Shown here one piece after another: positions 1 to 13,067 of a stretch of 64,000 nucleotides of DNA. Under the pieces are notes generated by a model. It was given only the letters and a program-made list of their open reading frames with translations, searched no databases and was not told the origin of the DNA. Position 1 is the stretch's first letter; every line of letters starts with the position of its first letter. Position numbers and translations under genes: made by a program. The DNA is from Podarcis filfolensis (lineage: Eukaryota): the NCBI GenBank assembly GCA_964270895.1, contig OZ185443.1. One strand, 5' to 3'.

Positions 1-1149
1 AAGTATCTACTGAATTGCGATAAGGGACATTCCCAAATAAGCAATGGTATAATTTATTGATTTTATGAGTGGCTGGCCGCTTAGCTTTGCAAACTTACTG
101 TTAATTGATATTGAACTGCAAGTGGGAGAATCTCTGTCCATTCCCCATGTGGCAGGAAAATTGATTGGTGTGTCCTCCAAGTTCCTGCATTATAAATGTG
201 GGTTCTAGCTGTACTTGCTATGATCTTCATATGGAGATCATAGAATCATAGAATTCTAGAGTTGAGAGCTTTATGTCTACTTGACACAGTGAAGGACTGA
301 AGGAGACATATATATTTTCAGAATATATAATGTATTTTTTTTTTTACTGTAATGATGTTTTTTCTGCTTTTATTGTTCTTTGCCTACTAATAAACTGTAA
401 AAATGAAAAAATATATATGTTAGGATCCTTTCAGTAAAGCAGCTACTAGTTCTGACTCTATCAAACAAAGGAAAAAGTAAATGAAATTTATAATTATTAT
501 CTGAACAAATTTAAATCTACCAGACATGATAAATTACTGGTTATCTAAGTTATACGTAGTACTTGTTATGTTCCTAAAGTAACAAAGTGACCTTCAAATG
601 GAAAGGGATGCAGAGAAATAATTTAAAAATGTATATTTTCAATTCTTCCTTCCTTTGAATTTTGCCCATGTGAAAACGAGCCTCAGCTCCAGCTTCAAGC
701 TGAGGAAGAGGGTTGGTCTTTCCTTTGGCTCTGTGCTTCCAGAGAACTCCAAGTGCTTTGACATCACCAAGTCCCCCAGTACCCTTTTCACCTCTACAGC
801 TCTGGAGATGAGAAGTGTGACTTCCTTTGATGTAGCTGAAATAGCCCCCAGCCAGTTGATCTAGAAAGCACAGCATGATCAGAACTCAGAGCAACTTGAA
901 ATTAACAAGTGGTTATGATGGCTTCTTTAGTGGCAAGACACATTAAAGTAAACAGCTGTATAATTTTTATACTGTTCAGTTACATTACATTGCTACCCAG
1001 AGGTCCTTTAAGTCTGTACACTTTCCCTACGGCTATCTTGGGATTGGCTGAGCTCCAGCAAGGTGAAACAGGTCTAATTGCATTCATGTCTTCCGTGCTT
1101 TGTTATAACTGACGATTTGACTTGGCATTTGTTGTGATTCATTCAATAG

Positions 1150-1381
1150 GGTGGCCTGAGTGCTCAAGCTTTCGTCCGCATAGAGATAGAAGACATTAAT
1201 GACAATCACCCTGTCTTCGACCCAGCGGCTTACACGACAAGCATCAGCAGTCATACGCAGCCAGGAACAGAAATAATCAGTGTCGTTGCTACGGACAAGG
1301 ATTCTGGAATATATGGAGTTGTGACTTACGAATTGCTGCCGGGCGACTTCTCTTCCCTGTTCACAGTGGATACATCTACAG
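1150..1381 (+). CDS. DCHS2: Dachsous cadherin-related 2, internal exon (1st in window; phase 0 to 1)
   Basis: caatag|GGT acceptor, ACAG|gtatga donor; translates GGLSAQAFVRIEIEDINDNHPVFDPAAY...VATDKDSGIYG...FTVDTSTG with cadherin DxNDN and DxD motifs; absent from the ORF track (no start codon). Confidence 0.9.
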
Positions 1382-3924
1382 GTATGATACAAGGTGCATG
1401 AGACCCACAATTTAAAATCATATTCTGCTGGTACAGATCAGGATAACTCCCAGAACACTGCGCAAAGGGAGGAGAGGGCTGATGGTTTTGCTGGGCAAGC
1501 TGAAATGGTCTCTGATGGGACCATATCGCTACATGGAATTCCACGCTTAGTGTTCGTATCCAGTGATGCCTTTGGAATATACACTTTTTGTGAGAACAAC
1601 CTACTCCGCACTACCCTCCCACTGAAGACAATGTCAGTATTTAACACTGCCTTAATTGACTATTTCAAATGACATAGAATGTATTTCAGTAGAATGTCTT
1701 TCATGAAGAGGAACCTAGACCGTGAAAACCTGGGCTTTAATAAATCTTGTTACAGTGCTTACTCTTCTGTTACTGCTGCTTTCTACAAGGCTTCCTTCCA
1801 ATTAAGTGTGCATAGGAGTGTGACTTTAGGCCTAAACCCAATGCAGAATTAGGTGTGCTTAATCTTGTCAGTTTCAGTGGGGTTAAGCAAGTTAAATTCT
1901 GTGTTGGATGAAGTCTGTCTTCAAGGTGCTGTCTCTCCTCACCCACCCCGCCCCCACCATGTCCTATTGAACATTGTTTCTTCATCAAGTGAAAAATCAT
2001 GTTCTCCCTATGCATTTATGCAGCATATAAATGGATTTTCCCTGGGTTTTGTGAGGAGACAGTTGGTCTGCTGAAATCGTAACATATGCTAAAGATGAGC
2101 TTGTGAAAGTACACACAGAATATGAAGAGTGCAGCCATGAATATGGCAAAGATATTTTGAGTGATTCCTTTGTTTATCTTTGTAGCTAATCTTCTCCAGT
2201 AAAGCATTTAACTTGCTTGGAAATTCCTGCATGTGGGTCATGACTGCTTCCATGTAACATGCAGCTTGTTGCTTGTTCCAGCTTGGATTTCTGAAATCAT
2301 TTGAGAAGAGCTTGCTTCAGGACAGGTTTTGGTGTTTAAAGTGGTAAAACATTCTGGATATAAGGTATTATTTGTGGCCCATCATGGTTTACCTCAGTCG
2401 TAGTGGCTGGTATCATTGGCTCTGCTTAGCAAAGCAAACATTTGGTGTAGAAGACCTGTTCTGTCACAGGTTTTGACAAATGCAGCAGTAAAATAACATT
2501 GGATTGTGTGTTTTCTTTTTTTAATCCCAATTTGACTGCGAATGTGATTTTGTCTTACTCTTTATTACAGGAAGAATTAATCTATTTTAATTTCTAAACT
2601 GCACATGGCATTTTTATATGGTGTGTAATAAAGCAAAATCAATGCACACATGAAAGGGTTGACATGAGTAAAGACAGATTGTGAGATTGAAATCGTTTAT
2701 TTTGGAACATTCTGAAACCACATCCTTTTGAAGAAAGCCTTCCTTAGTTTTTTGTCCAATCTGCATAAGTAATTGATAGCACATTGAGACCACTGAAAGT
2801 AAATGGGAGTAGGTTAATGCGTTTGGCTTTGACCTTTTGAGAACTAGTTGTTCAGTAACGGAAATCCTATTCGTGGTCTGAACTTAGCCACTAATGGATT
2901 CATGCCTCTGTTAAAAAGCACCACAGAATTTAACCTAAGTAAGATTGAGTGGAACTTTCAGGTATGGAGAATACTGGGAACAATTAGGGTTTAAAATGGC
3001 TCAGGGGGGAATTTGCAGTAGAGGTTTCTGGAACTAATCCAAAGCACTTTTGTGTATGAGAGTTATTCACTCAGTACTGGCTAGAACCTGACCCAGTAAC
3101 TGAGCACCTTGGAGGATGGGGACTTGTGCTGATGATCCAATAGCTCGCCTAACTGACTGAGCAAATCACAGCTCAAAACCCTCCATAAAATGTGTACTGC
3201 TACCTTTCTTTCTGCTAGTTTAGGATTCCTCAAGAATGATTTTGCGTGCTCTCTCTCTCTCTTGGTCCTTTCTCTAAGCAGGGAGCAAATTATGGGACAC
3301 TGCATTTGTATCCCCAAACAACAAAAACAACAACAACAACATAATAATTTTATTATTTGTACTCCATCCATCTGGCTGGGTTGGCCCAGCCACTCTGTGC
3401 AACTTCCAACATATATAAAAACATAATAAAACACTACACATTAAAACAAGGTTTGCATCATCCTTATGGCTTTGGTATCTCTGTGTTTCCTCCACTTTGC
3501 AGTTTTCCTGAATCCAAGCACAGTTATACTGATATTAAGTATGTTAATATCAAATGTTAAGCAGTAAGAACAAATGTCTGTAGTTTCCAGATTGGCATCT
3601 CCTTTTCAAAAGCCAGACTTCCTGTATAAATAGATGCCTTTGATGACTCTCTGGAAACTGCAGTTGCTTCAGAATACAGGTAGCCAAGTGAGACTGGTGA
3701 TTAGGAACACATCTCACCAGTGTTCAAAGCATTTCACTGGAGAGTGGTTTTCTTCCAAACAGTGTTCAAAGTGCTGGTGCCTACCGTTAAAGTTTCATGT
3801 GACCCAGGGCTCAGTTACCTGAAGAGCAGCTGCTTCCACAACAGCCTTCCTGTGCATTACTGGTATCTTCTTCAGAAGCTGTCTGGAGAGCTCTTTCTGT
3901 CTAAATTAAGTGGGTTATGATTGG

Positions 3925-4140
3925 AGGAGAGCCTTCTTGGTGGTGGCACCCAGTTTGTGGAATTCCTTCCCCAGGGAGGCTCTCTTCCTTTTGCCATCAG
4001 GTAAAACTTTTTTGATGCTTTCGGCCTTTAAAAATGTGATTATTTTAATTGCTGTTTAAGTTTTCAGTATTTTGTTTTCTATCATTTAATTGTTATGCAG
4101 TCTGCCCTGGAATGACAGCATACATTATTTTAAATAAATA
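3925..4140 (+). mobile_element. Degraded L2-type LINE 3' fragment
   Basis: gagagccttcttggtggtggcaccc...tgtggaattccttccccagggagg resembles squamate L2 3' end as recalled, followed by T-rich 3' UTR and aaataaataa tail; boundaries approximate. Confidence 0.45.
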
Positions 4141-4259
4141 AGTGAATACATAAAGTAGCCAGTTCAAGGAATGTTTCACATAGAGGCCAATGACTCCTGA
4201 GATAGGTGGAAGGAAAAGCATTTGACCTTTTGTATAGAAATTGCTGGGATTGATCAATA

Positions 4260-4500
4260 CAGTGGTACCTTGAGTTACAAACGCCTCAGGTTACAAACTC
4301 TTCAGGTTTCAAACTCCGCTAACCTGGAAGAGTTACCTCGAGTTGAGAACTTTGCCCCAGGATGAGAACGGAAATCGTGTGCCAGCGGCCCATCGGCAGC
4401 AAGAGGCCCCATTAGAGAAAGTATGCCTCTAGTTAAGAACAGTTTCAGGTTAAGAACGGACCTCCAGAACGAATTAAGTTCGTAACTAGAGGTACCACTG
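4260..4500. mobile_element. Tc1/mariner-superfamily non-autonomous DNA transposon (MITE), 241 bp
   Basis: TA|cagtggtacct...aggtaccactg|TA: TIRs with TA duplication at 4258-4259 and 4501-4502; related to copies at 4880 and 55861. Confidence 0.9.
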
Positions 4501-4708
4501 TATATCAATTACTACAAATGTGTGAGATGATTTAATATTTTGATGTACATATTCCATTCCTTTATGATTAAATTTGGACATCATGCCAAACCATGATATG
4601 AGCTTCCAACTATAGAGGCTTAGTACCACTTGTCTACTTTAAATTTGTGTCTACACAGCACTCCAACCACTTGACTCAGTAGCCTACAGAGTTGGAACAT
4701 TGTCTGTA

Positions 4709-5146
4709 TATAGGAATAACAAAAGTGTTTTTGTTGAGTCAGGCTATTGGTCCATCTATCTAGCCCAGTATTGTCTAGTCAGGCAGCAGCTCCTCAGCGT
4801 CTCAGAGACATTTCCCATCACTTGTTACCTGCGCCTTTTAGTAGGAATGCCAGGGATTGAACCCAGTACATTTGGTGTACAGTGGTACCTTGGGTTACAG
4901 ACGCTTCAGGTTACAGATTCCACTAACCCAGAAATAGTACCTCGAGTTAAGAACTTTGCTTTAGGATGAGAACAGAAATCGTGCAGCAGTGGTGCTGTGG
5001 CAGCAGCGGGAGGCCCCATTAGCTAAAGTGGTACCTCAGGTTAAGAACGGTTTCAGTTTAAGAACGGACCTCCAGAACAAATTAAGTTCTTAACCCAAGG
5101 TACCACTATACAAAGCATCTACATGATCGCTAATCTGTGGGTCCCC
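4709..5146 (-). mobile_element. tRNA-headed SINE (Squam2/Anolis SINE2-like), split by a MITE
   Basis: gagtcaggctattggtccatctatctagcccagtattgtc...gccagggattgaaccc [MITE] caaagcatctac...: reverse complement of a Pol III B-box head continuing across the MITE; family name from memory. Confidence 0.55.
4880..5108. mobile_element. Tc1/mariner MITE, 229 bp
   Basis: TA|cagtggtacct...ggtaccacta|TA; nearly the reverse complement of 55861-56102. Confidence 0.9.
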
Positions 5147-7259
5147 TTGGTCTGCCAGTTCAGACATCAGTCAAACTATAGTTAACACAAACCATAATTT
5201 ACCAACTGAGAACTCCTATTTATGGTGTGCAAACCAATATGCTAATAGGTAGATGAGCTTCCTTAACCATGAGTTTGGCTTGTTGTCTGAACGGAACTAT
5301 CTTACTGGGTTGTGTCTGCCATAAGAAAGAGAGGTAAAGCAGGATTTTCGTAACATTCAAGAACACAAAAAGCTTCTGTTCTGTATTCTTTGTCCAGCCT
5401 TTTTCTATGTGTTGCTGTGGTTACCATCAGGAAAAGTGGCCTTAGTCAATCCAGTGCATAAGGTCGTAAAGGTAACAGGCAGCAAAAATCCAGTAAACCA
5501 AGATAAGCTGCCCTTCCGGTGGTGTACAACATAAAATATACAATCAGTAATTAAAGCATTAATAAATTGCAACGCTAAAAAACAGTACAGCAAAGCAGCG
5601 TAATAACAGAACTGGATTAAAGGCTTTGTGCATCGCTGACTCATGTTTCTCAAGAGACTGAAGTTTTTGTACTTAATTCTTAGTTCATAGATCAGACAAA
5701 TAGGCAGGTTGGAGAAAAATTCATTCTGAATAGGTCACTGGAAATGAGCATTGACCTGCCTGAGTGTTAAGTTGGTTCAGCTGCCAGATTTGAAGGTGAG
5801 TTTGGGTGACGAACTGTGCATACCTTTTTAGCCATCTGCCTGCTGTCTGAGTTGGCTGTCAAATCGTATTAGTTGGAAGCCATCTGGGTATAGTTAATCT
5901 ATATTTTTCCTCTTAATAGCTTATTTTTTTTCACCCCCCCCCAAAAAAAACAACACTCTCAGTGCAGGTTTGCTCTACTGCAGGTGATTACTAATTGAAA
6001 GAGCCTAGAAATCTGGAAAATTATACCTTTAAATGGTTAGAAGTAAACCAGTCCATTTGAATGATCTGTTTCATTCAACTGCTGCTGTTGACTACTAACA
6101 AATGCATACTTCGCACATGCTTTAGCTACCTGTAGTTAAAGAGCTGTGTATCAGAAATGTTAAATAAATTGCCAGAAAAACCAAGTCAACCAATTAGAAG
6201 CTGTAGGCAGATGGCCACTGTTTTGCACCATGCAGCTGATTGAAAGTAAATCCCGTATGGCCAGAATGCAATGCTACATGATGCAGGGTGGTGGGCAGAG
6301 CAGGCACAGATGAATTTGAGGTTTGCAGTAAGTTTGGTTTCCAGCCAGCCACAGGGCTGCTGGCCAGAGGATGCTGTAAATTAGTTTCTTCTGGAACAGC
6401 AAGAATGGTAAAAATGAATCAAAGTTCTACACAAGGGGTGGGGATCTGGTGAGTGGGCTGGATCGCTAATCTGCCTTCCCTGTGAGCCAGCTGAGAGTCT
6501 CACCCACCAGTCAAGCACCTGAAGAATCTTCCCCAGTTATGGCTTGGGTGTACTTCATAGTTTATTCTTGGTTTCTGTACCAGGAAGGAACTGATGAGTT
6601 GCCTGCTCAGAACTAAGGTGATCTGTGCCCTTCATTGTATTAATTGCTGGTGGCAAAGTAGAAGCCATCTGTCAGCTTGCCTCATGCTGGGAAATGTGGA
6701 CTGTGGTTTCTGCATTTACTCAAAGGTCAGGTTACCGGTACTTAACTTAGTATAGCAATCAGCATGTTACTTACCTGGAGGTAAGCGGATTTGTATCCAG
6801 GTAAATGCAAGCCTATGCCTAACAAAGGCTACAGGTAATTCCGTTGATTCGCTCTAATCCACCCTACAGTTTGAACCAGAAAGAAGCACACTGGGGGCTG
6901 TGCATGTACCATAGGGTAAAATCTCATTTTCTGTGCAGCAGGTGCTGCAAAAATAATAATATATGCACTGAGAGTAATCCTATTATTAGTATAGGGTTTC
7001 TCTGATTACTTGCAGCTGAATATGAAATACGTTTCCCATTCTGAGTGAAAGATCTATGTAGATCTTGTTTAACAGATCTAATTCCTTCAATATTATATGC
7101 TCAAGAAAACCCCTCACCTTCAAACATCCTCATGAACAAGACAGATGTGCTCAGTAGCACCAATGTGCAGATGGAGCTATTTATATGCCACAGCTTTCTC
7201 CTTACCTTCAGAATGGAAGTTGTTCTGCTACTGAAGTGAATGTGGAAGTCTCAGTAGAG

Positions 7260-7630
7260 CAGGGTGTGCCACGCTTTGGTTCATGGGCCACCAGTGGTCT
7301 GTGAGCTTCATTGAGATGGTTCACTGTCTGTGGATTTGTAGTTGAAGATGGGAGACAGCACATCCATTGCATTCAATAGACTGATTTTAGTTGCTCATAT
7401 TATCTATTTTATTGTATTGCTGTTTGAATTCCATGGAGTACAATGAAATGCAATATATAAGAAATAAAAGAAGCAATACAAATACAATAAAAAAAACCAT
7501 ACAGCATCTGACGCAGTGCGTTACTATTGTTGCTGCAACAGGCAGAAAAATAGTTAAGTGCTCCACCAAGATGCTCAGCAATTTTCAAGTGGTCGATGGG
7601 GTGGGGAGAGGGGAACCTTAGGAACCAGGG
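7260..7630. mobile_element. Degraded hAT-like non-autonomous element, same family as 44912-45268
   Basis: tagagcaggg start; shares gtctgtggatttgta...aagatgg.agacagcacatccat and ataagaaataaaagaa.caata blocks with the 44.9 kb copy. Confidence 0.6.
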
Positions 7631-9086
7631 CAGCAGAAGATCTCTGAGATTCCCTTATAAAATGAGTGGCAGAAGCAGCAAAGGCTGTAGTTGTTGAGGT
7701 CACATCTTGGCAGGAGCAAGAGAGCCATTGGGCACACCTGCGCCTTAGCTGACATGCCTCTTCCATGGTTCCATGGACTAGATGCAGAATGACACAAATA
7801 CACTAGCAGTATGTGTACTGTAGTGTCCACTACAGTTTTGGATGGTGCACTAGGTGAAAGAATCAATTGAAGCCAAACTGGGTAGTATTACCTACTGGTT
7901 GGGGGTACCATATTGGGGGTGGGATGTTATCCTCAAAGTGCAAAGTCCCTCTTCGGCTTACCTTCCCTTTGTTGCACATGCCACCCAGGGGGTTTTCTGC
8001 TACTCTCCAAGGCATGGAAAAGCAAAGGTAGCCGTGTTTTTTACTCCATCTCTGCTTAATTACTGCAGTGTTTTTTCATGCTGGGTAAACAATATTTGCT
8101 GTTTTCTGTGTTTGCTATAAAACACACACACACACACACACTTAAAGTGATCAAGAGGCAGTTTGTTTTTGTAGTGGTCTGGCAGTGTAAAATGGAAATT
8201 TTGTGAACTGCACCTTTTGGTTGTCTGTAAGTATTTATCTGCTTCATCTGTTTTCCATTCTCCTCCTTAACGCTTTATCCCAAATTAGTCATTCAGCTGA
8301 TTAAACAAATCTACATTGTTAAGTCAGATCTTGTTATTCACCATTCTTCCTACTCCTGTCTGAAATGCTGGAACTGCTGTCAGTCAGTATAGAAAATACT
8401 GATGGTCTGACTGCATGAGGCATATGAAGTGGTCTTGATCTCCAGTGAGTACATATAGGGTGGTTTCCTCCTCCTCCTCCTCCTCCTCTTCTTCATTACA
8501 CCTGATCCTTCATGGAATTTCCATGCCTTCCATTGCCCTACATTCTCTGTTGAAAAGCTGCGTTTTGCTATTGGAGAGAAGGACTTGTGAGCATCTCGCC
8601 TCCTTGAGTTGCACTAAACTTTAATAAATGAAGTCATTGGTCCTGTGCCTCAGTCTATAACAGATGAGAATTAAAGGTAATAGGTTGGTTCCAGAAGTGC
8701 CCTTTCAGATGTTGAAGGCATCTCCCACTCATGGATGGGCTGCTTTCGCAAGTAGAGCCTAGCTGAAATATGTTCTTCCACTTGCACATTCCCTTGCACA
8801 GACGGAAGTGTGAGAACTTGCCTATTCTAGCACAGGGTGAACTCTTAGGCAAGTGTTAGCAGAACAGCCCTAACATGGTATCTTCTGCAATAATGCTCAA
8901 AACAGAAGAAATAGCGTATTAGTTTGAACCGTATTAAGTGAAAAACACGCGCAAGAGCGTTTGGCTAGAAAACACACCACCTAGAATCAAGCATATGTGT
9001 ATGATTATGTTTTAAACAAAATGAGACAGATATTGGATATCCTGAAGAAAACGTAAAGTGCTTTTTATATGCTTGTGGTCTTAAGT

Positions 9087-9240
9087 ACATAGGAAGAGCC
9101 CGCTGGATTGGGCCAATGGCCCATCTAGTCCAACATCCTGTTCTCATAGTGGCCAATCAGATGCCTGTGGGAAACCTGCAAACAGGATTCAAGCACAAGA
9201 ACACTCTCCCTTCCTGTGGTTTCCACCAACTTGGCATTCA
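9087..9240 (-). mobile_element. CR1-type LINE 3' end fragment
   Basis: acataggaagagcccgctggattgggccaatggcccatctagtccaacatcctgttctcatagtggcc matches a common squamate CR1-type 3' terminus as recalled. Confidence 0.6.
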
Positions 9241-9483
9241 CTCCCCCCCCCCCGAAGTTTGTTCCTTTTGGTATCTGTGTGAGTGGTATGATACTGAAGT
9301 GCAGTCAATAGTCCTGATTATGAAAATGGGTGAAATCTAGTTTTTTAGTAACAGCTTTATCCCTTAATGGACTGTAACGAAAGAAACACACAAACTTGGA
9401 TTCTCTAAAATTAATTCATGTTTTATTCCATCTGAGGGAATGCATGGAATGAGGGTCGTTCATGTGACCCTGTGGATGGATAG

Positions 9484-9843
9484 AGTAAAAGGTAAAAAGG
9501 ACCCCTGGATGGTTAAGTCCAGTCAAAGGCGACTATGGGGTTGCGGCGCTCATCTTGCTTTCAGGTCAAGGGAGCCGGCGTTTGTCCACAGACAGCTTTC
9601 CGGGTCATGTGGCCAGCATGACTAAACCACTTCTGGTGCAACAGAACACCATGACAGAATAAAAAAGTAATAAAAAGCGGTGCCTGTATCTACTTGAACT
9701 GGCATGCTTTACAACTGCTGGGTTGGCAGGAGCTGGGACAGAGCAACGGGAGCTCACCCCGTTGTGGGGATTTGAACCGCCAACCTTCTGATTGTCAAGC
9801 CCAAGAGGCTCAGTGGTTTAGACTACAGCGCCACCCTTGTCCC
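9484..9843 (-). mobile_element. Sauria SINE (Squam1), full length
   Basis: 5' end at gcgccacccttgtccc (reverse of gggac..gggtggcgc), B-box gatttgaacc, aaaggtaaa tail; 8-bp TSD ATGGATAG at 9476-9483 and 9844-9851. Confidence 0.9.
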
Positions 9844-10435
9844 ATGGATAGGGTATTGGGAAATGGAGGAACTGGATTTAAATCACTTCTCACATATCCA
9901 AAACGGAAATAATGGTAAGGCTTCTTTGGAAGGGCAAAGAAGCTGAAGGCTGCATTGCAGATTCTTTTATGGTTAGGAGGCTTGGAAGAATCAGGACAGT
10001 TGTTAAAGACATGAGCAAGTAGGCAGAGCTAGATTTGATTGCCCTCTTCTAGGCCAGGATGGAGAACCATTTTCAGTGGGTTGGGCAAGAGGCAAAAGTG
10101 TGCAGAGCAGTGAATGTAAAATTTACTCTTGCACCGTAGGCTTGTTTCTACACTCAAACACCCCACTCTATCCTGATGCTTGAACTCAGGAACCATCGTG
10201 CCAAATTCAGTCATGCTATCCCAAGAGGTGTCCAAATTCACAGCAAACAGAAACCGTGTTCCAAAATATATAAACAATATAGGTGAACTTTCGTTTTTTC
10301 TACTCTTGCAGTGGTACTCTTAACACATATTTATTTTTAAGTACACATCAATTCTGTGGCTAACACTTCTGAACTTCAGAAATGATAATGATAATTTTCT
10401 TGTCCCATTTGTTCACCTTTTCTTCTCCTTTACAG

Positions 10436-10672
10436 GAATCGTCTACCTGATAGCATCTCTCAGTAACGTGGAACATACCAGTGTGCTGTTGGCTGTTTCT
10501 GCCCGGGATGGAGGTGGCCTTGGTTCCACTGTTAATGCAGTTGTGACTGTGAAGATCCTGCAGACGGCTGTGGCTCCTGCTGTTTTTGAGAGATCACGTT
10601 ACACTTTTTCCATCCCCGAAGATGCCCCTGAAGGAAGTGCCGTCGGAACGGTGAAAGCAAGGGAGCCCTTGA
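10436..10672 (+). CDS. DCHS2: DCHS2 internal exon (phase 1 to 1)
   Basis: ttacag|GA acceptor after long pyrimidine tract, TTGA|gtaagt donor; IVYLIASLS...ARDGGGLGS...IPEDAPEGSAVGTVKAREPL. Confidence 0.9.
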
Positions 10673-10879
10673 GTAAGTGGCCTTGGAAGACATTCAGACA
10701 GATTCCAGCACCCCCTGATTTGTTACAGGCTACAAACATATGCAGCCAAACTATACTTTAAAAATTACACGGTTCATAAGCCAAAAAACAAACCATGGGT
10801 CTGTGCCATGGTTTCATGCCAGAAAGCAAACCATGGTTATTCTGCTGGGCTGGGTTAGCACTTTCAGACAAACCTGGGT

Positions 10880-11003
10880 CAGCCTCCCCAATCTGGAACC
10901 TTCCAGATGCTTTGGACTATAACTACTATCATCGCAGGCCAGCATGACTAGTGGTCAGGGTTGATGGGAGTTGCGGTCTAAAACACCAGGTTGGCAAAGA
11001 CCG
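10880..11003. mobile_element. Degraded short palindromic MITE (family of 37304-37441)
   Basis: ccagatgctttggactataactac...gatgggagttgcggtcta: decayed arms of the 37.3 kb element. Confidence 0.5.
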
Positions 11004-11905
11004 AGCTGCTAAACAGCGGCTTAGTGTTATGTTCAAACAAGCCTGTTAAAACTGAATTGAATAGGTGAGCTGAAAAGGCAGCTTTTAGCAATAAATTTGT
11101 GGGTATTTAAGGTGTCATGGGACTCTTGTTCTTTTTTAAGCAGCTTGAACACTATATATATTGAGAAGCACAGTGAGAGACTAAAGATGCATCTGTGGCT
11201 TCACATATTCTGCTATTCTCCTCTACATAAGCAAACGCTTTAATTACTTAATACATTGCAACCCTTACAGGATGTGGCCTGGCAGTGGCCTAGGAAGGTT
11301 TGATACTGACTCTCCATGGTTTCCTGGGAAAAGTCAATTTCCCTAGGCTTTGAGAGCCTCTCCTTCCCCCACTCTGTGCGTGCTCTCTATATGTTACAGC
11401 TTCCTGGTTTGTGCAGTGGGTTGAGGTTTTGACCCTTAGTTCTCATAACAGTTATACTAGAGTCTTAAAATTAGGCTATACTGGAATGTTTATGTGTCTG
11501 CTTAGAGTGGAATTCCTCTGTTCAACCTGACCTAGTTGGAAAGAGTTCCTGTATAATTTTAAATGTGAGAAATGATATTTATTTCTTCATAAAATTTAAT
11601 CACACCTATGGGGTGAAAATACAGATCTCGTAAATGGGCTTACTGCGTGCCTTTAAGTTGGTCTGCACAGCATCCATTTTTTTCTACTACGCCCTAGAGA
11701 TTACAGCAAAAAAGAAAGAAAGAAAACGCAAAAACTTAGGAAACAAACATCCAGAGAGGCGTTTAAACTGTTCAACTCACTTAGCACTGCTGTGCCATAC
11801 ATTTCTCAAATGCTCTAGAGCATATTCAGCTAAGTGGATCTTCTAACAAATTGGATGCCTCTTCTTTGACACGGGGGTGTGTTTTGTTTTTAATCTTCTT
11901 TACAG

Positions 11906-12925
11906 ATTTATTGGAAACGGTTTCCTACAGAATTTCCTCCGGTGATCCCTACGGAAGGTTTTCTATTGACCCGCAGTATGGAATCATCCGCACTAAGAAG
12001 CAGCTCGACCATGAAGCCCATTATCACACCCTTCTCACAGTCCAGTCACAGTTGGGAAGCTCCCCTGTCTACAGCAGTGCCCAGGTCAACATAACCGTGA
12101 TTGACGTCAATGACAACCCTCCAGTGTTTGTGTCGGAATCTGACCAGATTAATATATCGCGAAGCACGGTGCCTGGCGCAGCTCTTTACATCGCTCATGC
12201 GGAGGACAAAGACAGTGGGCTAAATGGCGCAGTCCGGTACGCCATTGTAAGCAATCGATCAAGTATTTTTACCATTGATCCCGTTCTCGGGGTACTGTAC
12301 CTTGCCAGAACTTTGGATAGTGATAAACAGCATGAACACACGGTGGTGCACATTGCAGCAGAAGATCATGGAAGTCCTCCCTTGAGTTCTCTGTTGATCC
12401 TACGAGTGGTAATCGATGAGCATAAGGGATGCCCCACATTGACTTTTGAAAATTTGGTGTATCAGGTGGAAGTCAGTGAAGCAGCACCCATAGGTGTCAG
12501 AATTCTGCAAATCCAAGCCCGGAAGTTAGATCCCCAGCGTACCCCTGGGAATGTTGTGTACTCCTTGGAGCATAACATGGATTCTGCTTCATTTAGAATT
12601 GATCCAGAAGCAGGTGTGATCTACCTACGGAATCCTTTAGATTATGAACTCACACAAATGCATAGTTTTAGAGCCTTTGTTACTAGCACAGCAGATAAGT
12701 CAGGGCAGAATGCAAGTACATCAGTGATAGTTAACGTAATGGATGAAAATGACAATTCTCCCGTGTTTTTGCGTGATGCCTATTTTTTTGACGTGGAGGA
12801 GAGTTCGTTAGCCCAAGGTGTGGTTGGCACAATAGCCGCAGTTGACAAGGACTCTGGAAGAAATGCACAGCTCTCCTATTTCCTCTTATCAGATGGAAAA
12901 TATTTCAAAATCAATTCCAATACAG
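11906..12925 (+). CDS. DCHS2: DCHS2 internal exon, 1020 nt (phase 1 to 1)
   Basis: ttacag|AT acceptor, ACAG|gtaata donor; within ORF 11851-12939; about 3 cadherin repeats (LDHE, DVNDNPPVF, LDYE, DENDNSPVF). Confidence 0.93.
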
Positions 12926-12995
12926 GTAATATGTTTTAATAATCTTCCCTGTTCTCCTTGCGGGATGTTAAGCTTTCTGCTAAACTAGAGTGTTT

Positions 12996-12998
<3 letters not shown>

Positions 12999-13064
<66 letters not shown>
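12999..13064. repeat. Compound microsatellite (CT)15(GT)18
   Basis: Read directly from the sequence. Confidence 0.97.

Positions 13065-13067
<3 letters not shown>

Noticed and set aside
3190-3426. ORF with a poly-Gln-like run (and poly-Asn ORF 29749-29979)
   Set aside because: Translation of (CAA)n and (AAT)n microsatellites in introns.
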